The notes beneath the pieces were generated by a model that saw only the letters and a program-made list of their open reading frames with translations, was not told the origin of the DNA and searched no databases. Positions 9,858 to 18,592 of a stretch of DNA of 64,000 bases are shown here, in pieces. The DNA is from an uncultured delta proteobacterium (GTDB taxonomy: Bacteria; Desulfobacterota; Desulfuromonadia; Geobacterales; DSM-12255). The position numbers and the translations under genes were made by a program. Within the stretch, counting starts at the first letter, position 1. The number at the start of each line of letters is the position of its first letter. The DNA lies in the NCBI GenBank assembly GCA_963787125.1, contig CAWBBV010000016.1, forward strand, positions 21,679 through 85,678, given 5' to 3'.

Positions 9858-11530
9858 CCCGAATCCGCAAACCTTTGCCGGACACATTCATACAGGGTGA
9901 TTTCGGAGGTATTTTTTTGAGTGAGACCCCATTGAGGGGAGTCGAAATCACAGTTTTCAGCAAATTTCAAAAAGTGACGAGCTATTTTCCTCTTCAGGCG
10001 GTGTTTTTGCCGAATTAGGGACGAACTGCCACCTTGATCTTGTTTTTTGCTCTTTGACAATCTTGTTTTCAGTGTTTCCTTTAGCCGGTTACCGGCTGGA
10101 GCCTGCTGATTCTCGCCTGTATTCTGTCAGGGCGAAGCTTCTCCAGCCACCAGCCGTTGACTTTTAGCAGGTTCTTGCGAGCATGATTGACCACGATTGC
10201 CGCACTACGCAGCAGATAATCCTGAATGGTCTTGATCCGCCGCCGCACTGGTGTTGCCTGACTGTCCGTCTCTATATCACCAGTTTCATCCCGCCACTGC
10301 TGGCCCAGCAAAATTAGCAGATTGTAGGCCATGGTTCCCAATGTAAGGAATACTTCGTTGACACTGAAGGTCTGGGAGGGAAACCGTTCCAGGTCCAGAT
10401 CGTGCTTAAGCTCTTTGTTTGCCTCCTCTGCCGCTCCACGTCCCCGATAGAGTTCGAATGCTCGCTGCGGGGTAACATCTTTGGGCAGGTTGGTGGCCAG
10501 TACGTGATAGCGGACATCATTGATCAGCAGTGGCTCCCCTTTTTCGTCTACAGACTTGATCTGAACGCAGAAGACGAAGCGGCGTGGAATCTTCCAGCCG
10601 CTTGGGGTGTACTCGAATTCTCCGTAGAACTCACCACCGAAGTCCGTGACTTTGAGGCTCATAACGTCTACATCGAGATTCTCGTTTACCACCCGGTCCA
10701 AAGCGCCACTGGTTCGGGCCTTGACCAGATAGTACGCCCCGGCATCTTCGCTGGCCTGGACAGTTTTGATGCTATAGAGCCCGGCATCGTAGCGAAAGAG
10801 GAGCTTGTTTCGATCTATCTTCTCAGGGAGCAGCTCTGCCGTTTCCCTGATAAAATCGTCAATCCGTTCGACAGCTTTCTCTCGTCCTGGCAACAGCCAG
10901 TGATTGATGCAGAACCGTTCGCGACCTACAACAGCAAATACGGGGGTATAGCAGAGTTTGCCGTTGTATGTGGTTTGAGCACCTTCTCGTTTGGGCGCAA
11001 ACTGCTCAAAAATACTTGGATCAATATCGCAAGGGATGTAACCTTCAGCTCCCGGTTCAGCAGTGATGGTTGCCTGGGAAACAATCTTTGCTCCGACCCG
11101 CTTGAGACCAGTGATCTGCTCTTTGCCATATTTTTCAAGATGCGTGGCAACAGCCCGTTCTTTTGGGAGTTTGTTAAAGCCAAGCGACTTCTTGAGCAGT
11201 TTTTCTTCCCGAGCGAGCCAGGCAAGATCAGTGTAACTAGTCCGGCGTAGGGAAATGTTTAGTAACAGCGGGATCAGATGTTCCTCTTCCCGGAAGCCGT
11301 AGTCGATCTTCTTGACCCGCACCTCGCTTCTGATTGCTCGAATCAAATCGAGACGGCGTATGAGGGTGGTGAGCAACTCCAATCCTGCTACGGAAGTTAG
11401 TGTCTGTCGGGCTGCTACATACTGGAAACCAAGATTGTCTTTCACCATTCGGGTGAACTCCTTCACTGCAATTATGTGAAGGATTATAGCATGTTACGTT
11501 ACATTAGCCCAATAGTTTTGCGGATTGGGG
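9858..11530 (-). mobile_element. IS1380-family insertion sequence (1,673 bp) with 5-bp TTAAT target duplication
   Basis: Terminal inverted repeats CCCGAATCCGCAAACCT (9858->) and CCCCAATCCGCAAAACT (11530<-) match 15/17. They are flanked by direct TTAAT at 9853-9857 and 11531-11535. Length, CC-starting IRs and a single ~455-aa DDE transposase fit IS1380-family characteristics. Confidence 0.8.
10081..11448 (-). CDS. IS1380/IS4-like DDE transposase
   Basis: ORF track 10081..11466 starts at GTG. ATG at 11448 (MVKDNLGF...) has GAAGGAG upstream. C-terminal ...YRGRGAAEEANKELKHDLDLERFPSQTFSVNEVFLTLGTMAYNL is the Y-(2)-R-(3)-E-(6)-K style signature region of IS4/IS1380-type DDE transposases. Confidence 0.85.
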   Translation of the reverse strand: MVKDNLGFQYVAARQTLTSVAGLELLTTLIRRLDLIRAIRSEVRVKKIDYGFREEEHLIPLLLNISLRRTSYTDLAWLAREEKLLKKSLGFNKLPKERAVATHLEKYGKEQITGLKRVGAKIVSQATITAEPGAEGYIPCDIDPSIFEQFAPKREGAQTTYNGKLCYTPVFAVVGRERFCINHWLLPGREKAVERIDDFIRETAELLPEKIDRNKLLFRYDAGLYSIKTVQASEDAGAYYLVKARTSGALDRVVNENLDVDVMSLKVTDFGGEFYGEFEYTPSGWKIPRRFVFCVQIKSVDEKGEPLLINDVRYHVLATNLPKDVTPQRAFELYRGRGAAEEANKELKHDLDLERFPSQTFSVNEVFLTLGTMAYNLLILLGQQWRDETGDIETDSQATPVRRRIKTIQDYLLRSAAIVVNHARKNLLKVNGWWLEKLRPDRIQARISRLQPVTG

Positions 11531-11910
11531 TTAATAAATTCAATCAATGCTATATTTATTAACATTTGACCAACTGTTAATAGTGCAACCAATAATATTC
11601 CAAGGCCAATGATGGCTAAGCCAAATGGTGTTGCAGCAATTAATGTAGTTAATGCAGTCCCCATATAACCTGATAAAATATAGCCTAATACACTTGTTCC
11701 ACCAGTCCCTAGTAGAGATGAAAATAAAGTTTTCCCAAGGTTAAAATCAGTGTTATTTATGAGTGAGTCTAATGTTGAAATTAGAAATGAAGACAACACT
11801 GTAACTACCAAAGCCGCTACGCCTAAACCTGACAATGCTAGCAGTACTGATATCAATGTAAATGCTCCCCATAAAAGGTCTTTCCCTAAATTAACCGCAC
11901 ACCCACTAGC
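11494..11910 (-). other. Variable C-terminal module CT-A (138 aa, multi-helix hydrophobic, Gly/Ala/Ser-rich)
   Basis: Similarity to paralogues B/C ends after GYMISGG. Sequence ASGCAVNLGKDLLWGAFTLISVLLALSGLGVAALVV...GLAIIGLGILLVALLTVG. My hand count of 11541-11600 gives 27% GC, against 58% for 13201-13260 in the conserved body. Confidence 0.75.
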
Positions 11911-14541
11911 CCCCCCGCTAATCATATACCCGCCAGCCCCAGTCTCCGGATTGGTAATGATATAACCACACCCATTCCACCCATTGAAGTTGATGTTGGT
12001 CTTGGAAACAGTAACAACTTTTCCGGCATTGACGGCATTGGCGATGTCGTCCTTTGTTTGCTGGTCTACCTGCAACTGCGGCATTACTGTAGCAATATTT
12101 GACTGGTTGATTGTATAGATCGGTATCCCCTGGTCATTGGCAATCTTGAGCGCCTTGACCGTGCTGATTCCTTGCACTGAGTTACTTGGCGTGGAGAAGA
12201 GCTTCTCCGGCACATTGTGCTCCAGCGCCGAGGAAGTCATGCCGCTGGAGAGCATATACTGCTTGGCGGTCTCGCTGTTGCCGTCTTTTGCCTTTACTAC
12301 CTGCATCAGATAATCAGCATCCATATTGAGTCCGCCGGAACTGATATAGCGCGGTATTCCCCAAAGACACATTACTTTGAGCTTGGTGGCGAAGATGGTT
12401 TCTGACGGTACGGTGATGGCGTTGACGTTCATGGTTTTTGCGGCAATGTAGTTCATGGTGCCGAGTTCGGCATGATAGGCCATGGCGGTGGTGTAGAGGA
12501 GATCACCGATCAGATCATCTTTGGTCATGCCGGCGAAGTCGTTGTTCTGCAGTTTTGCTTTGGTAGCTTCCAGTTTTGCTTTGAGCCCGGTTAACTGCTC
12601 GGCGCTGATTCGCCCCAGGTTGAGCCCGATTGCCTGGTACACCCCGGCGTCAATGTAGTTGGTTATCTGGCTTGAGCCGTAAGCCGGGTCGCTGAAGGTC
12701 ATGGTGGAGATGTTGGTGCCGCCAAGGCCTACCGGCGCTCCGGTGGCCACTACCTGACCGTCAATCCTGAGTTCCGGTTTGACGTTGATCAGATACGCCG
12801 GTAGTTGGCTGGGCAGTTCGCTTGGCTGTATGGGGGTGCCGTCTGCATGCGGGCTTGGCAGGTAGGAATTGATGACTGCTTCATCCTGGGCGGTTGCCGG
12901 ACTGTAGCTGAGGGTAATCTTTTTGCCTGCCAGTTCTGCGAGGCTTTTGGTTATGCTCAGTGAGTTGTCCACCGGTGCCGGTGCTTCGGGATCAATGAAG
13001 GTGTTGGATGCTTCGTTCTCTACCCTGAAGGAGAGCTTGTGCCGCAAGCTGTCTGGGATGCTTGCAAACGTGCTCCCCTTGACGGCGGTGCGGTACGGCA
13101 GGGTACCGAGGAGATGGCGGTATTCTTTTTTGATGATCTCTTTTTTGCCGAGGACGTCGCCGACAGTGGCGTTGGCGTGGTTCTGCTGGATGTAGCTCTG
13201 TACCCGTGCCTGGTAGTCTTGCATGGTCTGCTGGGTGAGGATGGAGTTGATGCCGGTGACGTAGCCTTGAGTTTCGTTGATAGTGGCGGTGGCCTTGATC
13301 TGGTCGAGGAACGCTTGAGCGTCGAAGGGGACTGCTGTCTTGATGTCGATGCCCTGGGTGAAGTTGTACTGCTTGTAGCTCGGATCAAGAGGTATCCAGG
13401 TGTCACCCTTGCCGCTTATATGCTTTGCGCCACGGGAGGGGATGTAGTTGATGAAAGCTTCGACCGAGACATGTTCAAAACGGGCAGCAACGATCTTGCC
13501 GCCGCTAACCAGTCCCTTGGTGGGAATGCCGCCGCTGGACATGAAATCGAGGGCGGACAGTGGGTCGGTGAAGCCTCCGGCCCAGTTCATGACTTTATCA
13601 ATGGGGAGTTCTACTGTGCCGGTGACATAGCGGGCATTGATCCCGGCAGCTCGCAGCAGAGCGATGAGGAGGGAACTTGTATCAAAGGAGTTGCCCTGCC
13701 TGGTGAGCAGGGTCATCTGCGCCCCCTGGATGGAGCCCCAGGTGGGGACGAACTCGACGTTGTTCCGTACCCACTCGTAAATCTTTACCGGATTATTCCC
13801 CAGCTCCAGAGCCTTGGCCTTTATTTCGGGGGTGAGCTGGACTTCTATGTTTTCTGCCAGATCATCGGCAGGCAGCAGGCCGGCAACTGAGCCGTTGGCG
13901 GCAACCATGATCCGCTTGGCGCTCTTCCAGGCATGTTTGTCTTTTTTGAAATCCTTGTCGAAGTCTTCTTTCTTCAGCCGCGGTTCGCGTTTTTGAGCTT
14001 TGGGCTGGCGGTGAGGGAGGTTGTTCGGGTCGAGCTTCTGGTGGCGGGAGGGGGCTTTGGCCCGCTCAAGATGCTGGCGGGTCTTGTCAATGGCAGCTTG
14101 CAGCTCGGCATCGTTCTTTGCCGTTGCCGCCCGCTCAAGGTTCCCTTTCAGTTCAGTCAGGTTGTCATCGTAATGTTTGACGAACTTCTGATGCCGCGCC
14201 AAGATCTCGGGCGACATGCCAGAAGCCTTCAGTTTCTTCTCAGTGGCGGCGAGTTCGCTGCGGATGGCGGTGTCATGGGCGTCCAGCTCCGCTCTGGCAG
14301 CGCTCAGCCGCTGTTTTTTGTGATCATGGCCGGTTTTGGGATCTTGGAGATCGGCAGTCAGCTCCTCAGTAAGCTTGGCGAAGCGCTCTTCCGCCCCCTC
14401 GCTCTTCCTGGTCGGAGTTTCCTGGTTCCCCTTTTTAACGGCATCCACCGCCCCGTGGGCAAGGCTAAAGACACCACCTGATGTCCAGGTGAAGAATGAC
14501 AGTACAACTGCGGCAATGACTCTTGAGTACTTGCGAAACAT
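11494..14541 (-). CDS. Paralogue A: exported transglutaminase-fold protein with variable hydrophobic C-terminal module (last ~12 codons supplied by IS1380)
   Basis: 1015 aa. Signal peptide MFRKYSRVIAAVVLSFFTWTSGGVFSLAHG. K/E-rich coiled coil. Transglutaminase-like core GNSFDTSSLLIALLRAAGINARYVTG...FEHVSVEAFINY...WIPLDPS. Body ends NFNGWNGCGYIITNPETGAGGYMISGG. RBS GGAGA before ATG 14541. Confidence 0.9.
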   Translation of the reverse strand: MFRKYSRVIAAVVLSFFTWTSGGVFSLAHGAVDAVKKGNQETPTRKSEGAEERFAKLTEELTADLQDPKTGHDHKKQRLSAARAELDAHDTAIRSELAATEKKLKASGMSPEILARHQKFVKHYDDNLTELKGNLERAATAKNDAELQAAIDKTRQHLERAKAPSRHQKLDPNNLPHRQPKAQKREPRLKKEDFDKDFKKDKHAWKSAKRIMVAANGSVAGLLPADDLAENIEVQLTPEIKAKALELGNNPVKIYEWVRNNVEFVPTWGSIQGAQMTLLTRQGNSFDTSSLLIALLRAAGINARYVTGTVELPIDKVMNWAGGFTDPLSALDFMSSGGIPTKGLVSGGKIVAARFEHVSVEAFINYIPSRGAKHISGKGDTWIPLDPSYKQYNFTQGIDIKTAVPFDAQAFLDQIKATATINETQGYVTGINSILTQQTMQDYQARVQSYIQQNHANATVGDVLGKKEIIKKEYRHLLGTLPYRTAVKGSTFASIPDSLRHKLSFRVENEASNTFIDPEAPAPVDNSLSITKSLAELAGKKITLSYSPATAQDEAVINSYLPSPHADGTPIQPSELPSQLPAYLINVKPELRIDGQVVATGAPVGLGGTNISTMTFSDPAYGSSQITNYIDAGVYQAIGLNLGRISAEQLTGLKAKLEATKAKLQNNDFAGMTKDDLIGDLLYTTAMAYHAELGTMNYIAAKTMNVNAITVPSETIFATKLKVMCLWGIPRYISSGGLNMDADYLMQVVKAKDGNSETAKQYMLSSGMTSSALEHNVPEKLFSTPSNSVQGISTVKALKIANDQGIPIYTINQSNIATVMPQLQVDQQTKDDIANAVNAGKVVTVSKTNINFNGWNGCGYIITNPETGAGGYMISGGASGCAVNLGKDLLWGAFTLISVLLALSGLGVAALVVTVLSSFLISTLDSLINNTDFNLGKTLFSSLLGTGGTSVLGYILSGYMGTALTTLIAATPFGLAIIGLGILLVALLTVGQMLINIALIEFINPNPQNYWANVT

Positions 14542-14799
14542 TTATGTCTCCAAAATTACCGTAATTGATTTCCAGAAGTCGGGGCTCAGATCCGTCGGGC
14601 AATCGCCAGGAGCCTTAATCTTGAGAGAAGCGAGAATCTGCCCTTCTTCGGGATCGGTGAAGTCAATATCGTCACCCATCTCGACAAAACAATCCGTATC
14701 TTCCGGCAACCTGATCATTTGCAGCAGAGCATAACGGACCTGATAGAGATAGCCGAGGGCCTGTTTGCCTGCGGAGAAATTGTCGGTTGTGTCAGCCAT
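14542..14799 (-). pseudogene. 85-codon fragment resembling the N-terminus of DUF4297/Cap4-type dsDNA-nuclease (defence-effector) proteins; apparently truncated
   Basis: MADTTDNFSAGKQALGYLYQVRYALLQM...VEMGDDIDF...TDLSPDFWKSI resembles the G-(F/Y)-x-Y-Q ... E-x-x-D-D-I ... W-K N-terminal pattern of that family (recognised from memory, not searched). The ORF stops (TAA) directly abutting the ATG of paralogue A, at about a third or less of normal family length. Confidence 0.4.
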
Positions 14800-14904
14800 G
14801 AGATATCACCTTTAAATTCAAAGAAATGATAGTCCATGGTTATTGACCCTCCTAAAGAACATATGGCCGTTTCTCCTTTCTCACCAATGTAGACCAGAAT
14901 AAAT

Positions 14905-15333
14905 TTAATTGGTTACCAACCAAAAAAGCCCAACAATGTTAGTTGCGATTATTATTATTATTATTTGCCAACCATAAACCCCTGTTTTAAGAGTTGAAAT
15001 TCTAGGGCATGACTTCGAGTAAATTATATCTAAAGGCTCTTTCTTTAATTTCTTATAAAGAGCATCATGTTCAAGTTCATCAATTGTATTATAAATTGGA
15101 TTCATAAAACTTATCCTGGTTCCAATGTGTTTATCACTATCCACCGTGTACTCATATTTGATATTAACTGAGACAAAACGTGCCTTTTGCACTTTCAATT
15201 CAATTATATTCCCTGTAGCATGAGGCCAATTTTTTGAAGTTAAGCCTAAATATACAACTAATAATAAATAACTAGTCGAGCAAATCATAATAAGCATAAG
15301 CAGCACTGAAAATGCATCCATTTTGCACCTCAC
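14905..15333 (-). CDS. Small AT-rich membrane protein, DUF3592-like (TM - beta domain - TM); candidate partner/immunity gene of paralogue B
   Basis: 142 aa. N-terminal TM FSVLLMLIMICSTSYLLLVVYLGL, then WPHATGNIIELKVQK...VNIKYEYTVDSDKHIGTRISF (pattern typical of DUF3592), then C-terminal TM WQIIIIIIATNIVGLFWLV. Lies 65 nt downstream of paralogue B. Confidence 0.7.
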   Translation of the reverse strand: MRCKMDAFSVLLMLIMICSTSYLLLVVYLGLTSKNWPHATGNIIELKVQKARFVSVNIKYEYTVDSDKHIGTRISFMNPIYNTIDELEHDALYKKLKKEPLDIIYSKSCPRISTLKTGVYGWQIIIIIIATNIVGLFWLVTN

Positions 15334-15398
15334 ACAAAAGTCTAATTTAAAATTTAGATCATAATTTATGGCGAGTATTTATATAGAGTTATCTATAA

Positions 15399-15758
15399 TC
15401 ATACTATTTGTCTTTTTATTCCAAACCTATTAATTGCATAGAGCGCTACACGCAAATCGAGATAAGCAGCTAATGCAATCATAATGTATAAAGCTATTGC
15501 TCCTGCTGGTGCTAATATCAAAGCCGAGCTAAGAGTCACTTGTATTACGAAATTCGCAAAAATGGCACTCCAATTATGATCAATCGACAAACCTTCAGCT
15601 CCATCGACAATTCCTGATCCTATTAGACTTATAGCTGTTGCAAGAAAAGTAGTTATTGCAACTCCACCAATTTCACCGATCATCAACAATAAACCTATTT
15701 CTGGCCCAAAAGTTAAAACTAGCATGAATAATACAGACCACATCGCAATTATTAAGTA
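15399..15758 (-). other. Variable C-terminal module CT-B (119 aa, multi-helix hydrophobic)
   Basis: Identity with paralogue C ends after GYMISGGSNGG. Then YLIIAMWSVLFMLVLTFGPEIGLLLMIGEIGGVAITTFLATAISLIGSGIV...ALILAPAGAIALYIMIALAAYL; visibly AT-rich. Confidence 0.75.
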
Positions 15759-17450
15759 TCCACCATTCGACCCCCCACTAATCATGTACCCACCAGCCCC
15801 GGTATCCGGGTTAGTGATAATATAACCACACCCAATCCAGCCATTGAAGTTGATGTTGGTCTTGGAAACAGTAACAACCTTCCCTGCGTTGACGGCGTTT
15901 AGAATATCGTCCTTCACCTGCTGATCGACCTCCAACTGCCACATTACAGTTCCGATGTTCGCCTGATTAACCGTGTAGATCGGTATCCCCTGGTCATTAG
16001 CAATTTTTAGCGCCTTGACCGTGCTGATCCCTTCGGCTTTGTTGTCCGGTGTGGAGAAGAGCTGTTCCGGGACGCTGTGCTCCAGCGCCGAGGAAGTCAT
16101 GCCGCTGGAGAGCATATACTGCTTGGCGGTCTCGCTGTTGCCGTCTTTTGCCTTTACTACCTGCATCAGATAATCAGCATCCATGTTGAGTCCGCCGGAA
16201 CTGATATAGCGCGGTATTCCCCAGAGACACATTACCTTGAGCTTGGTGGCGAAGATGGTTTCTGACGGTACGGTGATGGCGTTGACGTTCATGGTTTTTG
16301 CCGTGATGTAGTTCATGGTGCCGAGTTCTGCATGATAGGCCATGGCGGTGGTGTAGAGGAGGTCACCGATCAGATCATCTTTGGTCATGCCGGCGAAGTC
16401 GTTGTTCTGCAGTTTTGCTTTGGTAGCTTCCAGTTTTGCTTTGAGCCCGGTTAACTGCTCGGCGCTGATTCGCCCTAGATTGAGGCCGATGGCCTGATAG
16501 ACCCCGGCGTCAATGTAGTTGGTGATCTGGCTTGAGCCGTAGGCAGGGTCGCTGAAGGTCATGGTGGAGATGTTGGTGCCGCCCAGACCTACCGGTGCTC
16601 CGGTGGCTACTACCTGCCCGTCAATTCTGAGTTCGGGTTTGACGTTGATGAGGTATGCCGGGAGCTGGCTGGGCAGTTCGCTTGGCTGTATGGGGGTGCC
16701 GTCGGCATGCGGGCTTGGCAGATAGGCGTTGATGATAGCTTCGTCCTGAGGGGTGGCCGGGGAGTAGCTTAAGGTTATCTTCTTGCCTGCCAGTTCTGCG
16801 AGGCTTTTGGTTATGCTCAGTGTGTTGTCCACCGGTGACGGTGCATCAGGATCGACGAAGGTGTTTGAGGCTTCGTTCTCTACCCTGAAGGAGAGCTTGT
16901 GCCGCAAGCTGTCGGGGATGGTGGTGAATGTTGCCCCCTTGACAGCGGTGCGGTACGGCAATGTGCCGAGAAGATGGCGGTACTCTTTTTTGATGATCTC
17001 TTTCTTGCCAAGAACATCGCCGACAGTGGCATTGGCGTGGTTCTGCTGGATATAGCTCTGTACCCGTGCCTGGTAGTCCTGCATGGTCTGCTGGGTGAGG
17101 ATGGAGTTGATGCCGGTGACGTACCCTTGTGTTTCATCAATAGTGGCGCTGGCCTTGATCTGATCAAGGAACCCCTGGGCGTCGAAGGGGACTGCTGTCT
17201 TGATGTCGATTCCCTGGGTAAAGTTGTACTGCTTGTAGCTCGGATCAAGAGGTATCCAGGTGTCACCCTTGCCGTTTACATGCTTTGCTCCACGGGAGGG
17301 GATGTAGTTGATGAAGGCTTCGACCGAGACATGCTCAAAGCGGGCAGCAACGATCTTGCCTCCGGCAACCAGACCTTTGGTGTGAAGTGGTTGCGCTTTA
17401 TGAGACATGTGTGTAAGCAATGAACCTCCCTATTTCAAAAGGAGAGTTCA

Positions 17451-17759
17451 ATGCAACAACATCGTACACGTCACAGCGCAGCTTTTAAGGCCAAGGTCGC
17501 TTTGGCCGCCTTATCAGAGTCAAAGACTCTGGCAGAGCTTGCAACCGAGTACCAGGTTCACCCGACCCAGATCACCCGTTGGAAGCAGGATCTGATTGCA
17601 AATGCTTCTGACCTTTTTGGCAAGGGCAAAAAGAAAGAAGTCAACCATGAGGGCGAAGTGGCCGAGCTTCACCGCCTGATCGGCAAGCTCAAGGTTGAGA
17701 ATGATTTTTTGTCACATCTGCCCGGGCTGAACTTGGCCGGGCGCAGAAACAACAAGTGA
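17451..17759 (+). CDS. IS3-family transposase OrfA (HTH)
   Basis: 102 aa; HSAAFKAKVALAALSESKTLAELATEYQVHPTQITRWKQDL is a helix-turn-helix followed by a leucine-zipper-like LHRLIGKLKVEND. Confidence 0.9.
   Translation: MQQHRTRHSAAFKAKVALAALSESKTLAELATEYQVHPTQITRWKQDLIANASDLFGKGKKKEVNHEGEVAELHRLIGKLKVENDFLSHLPGLNLAGRRNNK
17705..17711 (+). promoter_or_regulatory. Candidate -1 programmed ribosomal frameshift heptamer T-TTT-TTG
   Basis: In the orfA frame the codons read gaT TTT TTG (D-F-L), an X-XXY-YYZ slippery motif. Shifting -1 here reads on without a stop into the orfB frame (FFVTSARAELGRAQKQQVIATGHP...). Confidence 0.6.
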
Positions 17760-18592
17760 TCGCCACCGGTCATCCTGAAGTTTCTGTTGAACGCCGCTGC
17801 CAGCTTCTGGGTCTGCCTCGTTCCAGCTATTACCGTGGCCCTGCTTCCGGTCTTCGTTCCGGTGACCTGGAAATGATGCAGCGGATCGACAAACTCTACA
17901 TGGAGCAGCCCTGGATGGGGAGCCGCTCACTGGCCAACCACCTCACGACACCTGAAGCACCCTTGGGACGAGATCGTGCCCGTCGCTTGATGCTCATCAT
18001 GGGTATTGAATCCCTGGCTCCTCAGCCGGGCACCAGCAAGCGGCAACCGAAGCATCCGGTCTATCCCTATCTGCTGCGGGGAATGACCATTGACAAGCCC
18101 AATCAGGTCTGGGCGACTGATATCACCTACATCCCCATGGCACGGGGATTCATGTACCTGATAGCGATCATGGACTGGGCCACCAGAAAGGTTCTGTCCT
18201 GGCGTCTGTCCAATACGCTGGATACCCGATTCTGCGTCGAGGCGCTCAAAGAAGCTCTGTTCAAATACGGTGCCCCGGAGATCTTCAACACCGACCAGGG
18301 CTGCCAGTTTACCAGCGAAGCATTCACGTCAGTGCTCAAAACCTGGAACATCAAAATCAGCATGGACGGCAAAGGTCGTTTCAGGGACAACATCTTCGTC
18401 GAACGGCTCTGGCGCACGCTGAAGTATGAGAGAATCTACCTGAACGTTTATGAAACGGGAACCGAACTTTCCAAAGACATGACATACTGGTTCAACTGGT
18501 ACAACGTAACCAGAAAACATACATCTCTTGACAAACTGACACCGGATGAGGCTTATTTCCAAGGACTTGAAAAACTGAAACTGGCAGCCTGA
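17756..18592 (+). CDS. IS3-family transposase OrfB (DDE/rve integrase core); probably made as an OrfAB fusion
   Basis: 278 aa. WATDITYIPM..., NTDQGCQFTS..., ERLWRTLKYE match the DDE(35)E rve catalytic regions. It lies in the -1 frame relative to orfA. Confidence 0.9.
   Translation: MIATGHPEVSVERRCQLLGLPRSSYYRGPASGLRSGDLEMMQRIDKLYMEQPWMGSRSLANHLTTPEAPLGRDRARRLMLIMGIESLAPQPGTSKRQPKHPVYPYLLRGMTIDKPNQVWATDITYIPMARGFMYLIAIMDWATRKVLSWRLSNTLDTRFCVEALKEALFKYGAPEIFNTDQGCQFTSEAFTSVLKTWNIKISMDGKGRFRDNIFVERLWRTLKYERIYLNVYETGTELSKDMTYWFNWYNVTRKHTSLDKLTPDEAYFQGLEKLKLAA

Noticed and set aside
9830-10060. 76-aa minus-strand ORF
   Set aside because: It runs across the IS1380 left boundary (9858) and overlaps the start of the 146-aa gene. 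It is a chimeric reading of IS non-coding DNA plus flank.
10402-11250. 282-aa plus-strand ORF
   Set aside because: It is antisense to the IS1380-family transposase gene, which has clear DDE-transposase motifs.
13039-13890. 283-aa plus-strand ORF, with repeats at 16899-17423 and 21901-22752, and the 128-aa minus out-of-frame ORFs
   Set aside because: These are shadow ORFs of the three paralogous genes. They recur only because the underlying DNA is repeated, and their translations are low-complexity.
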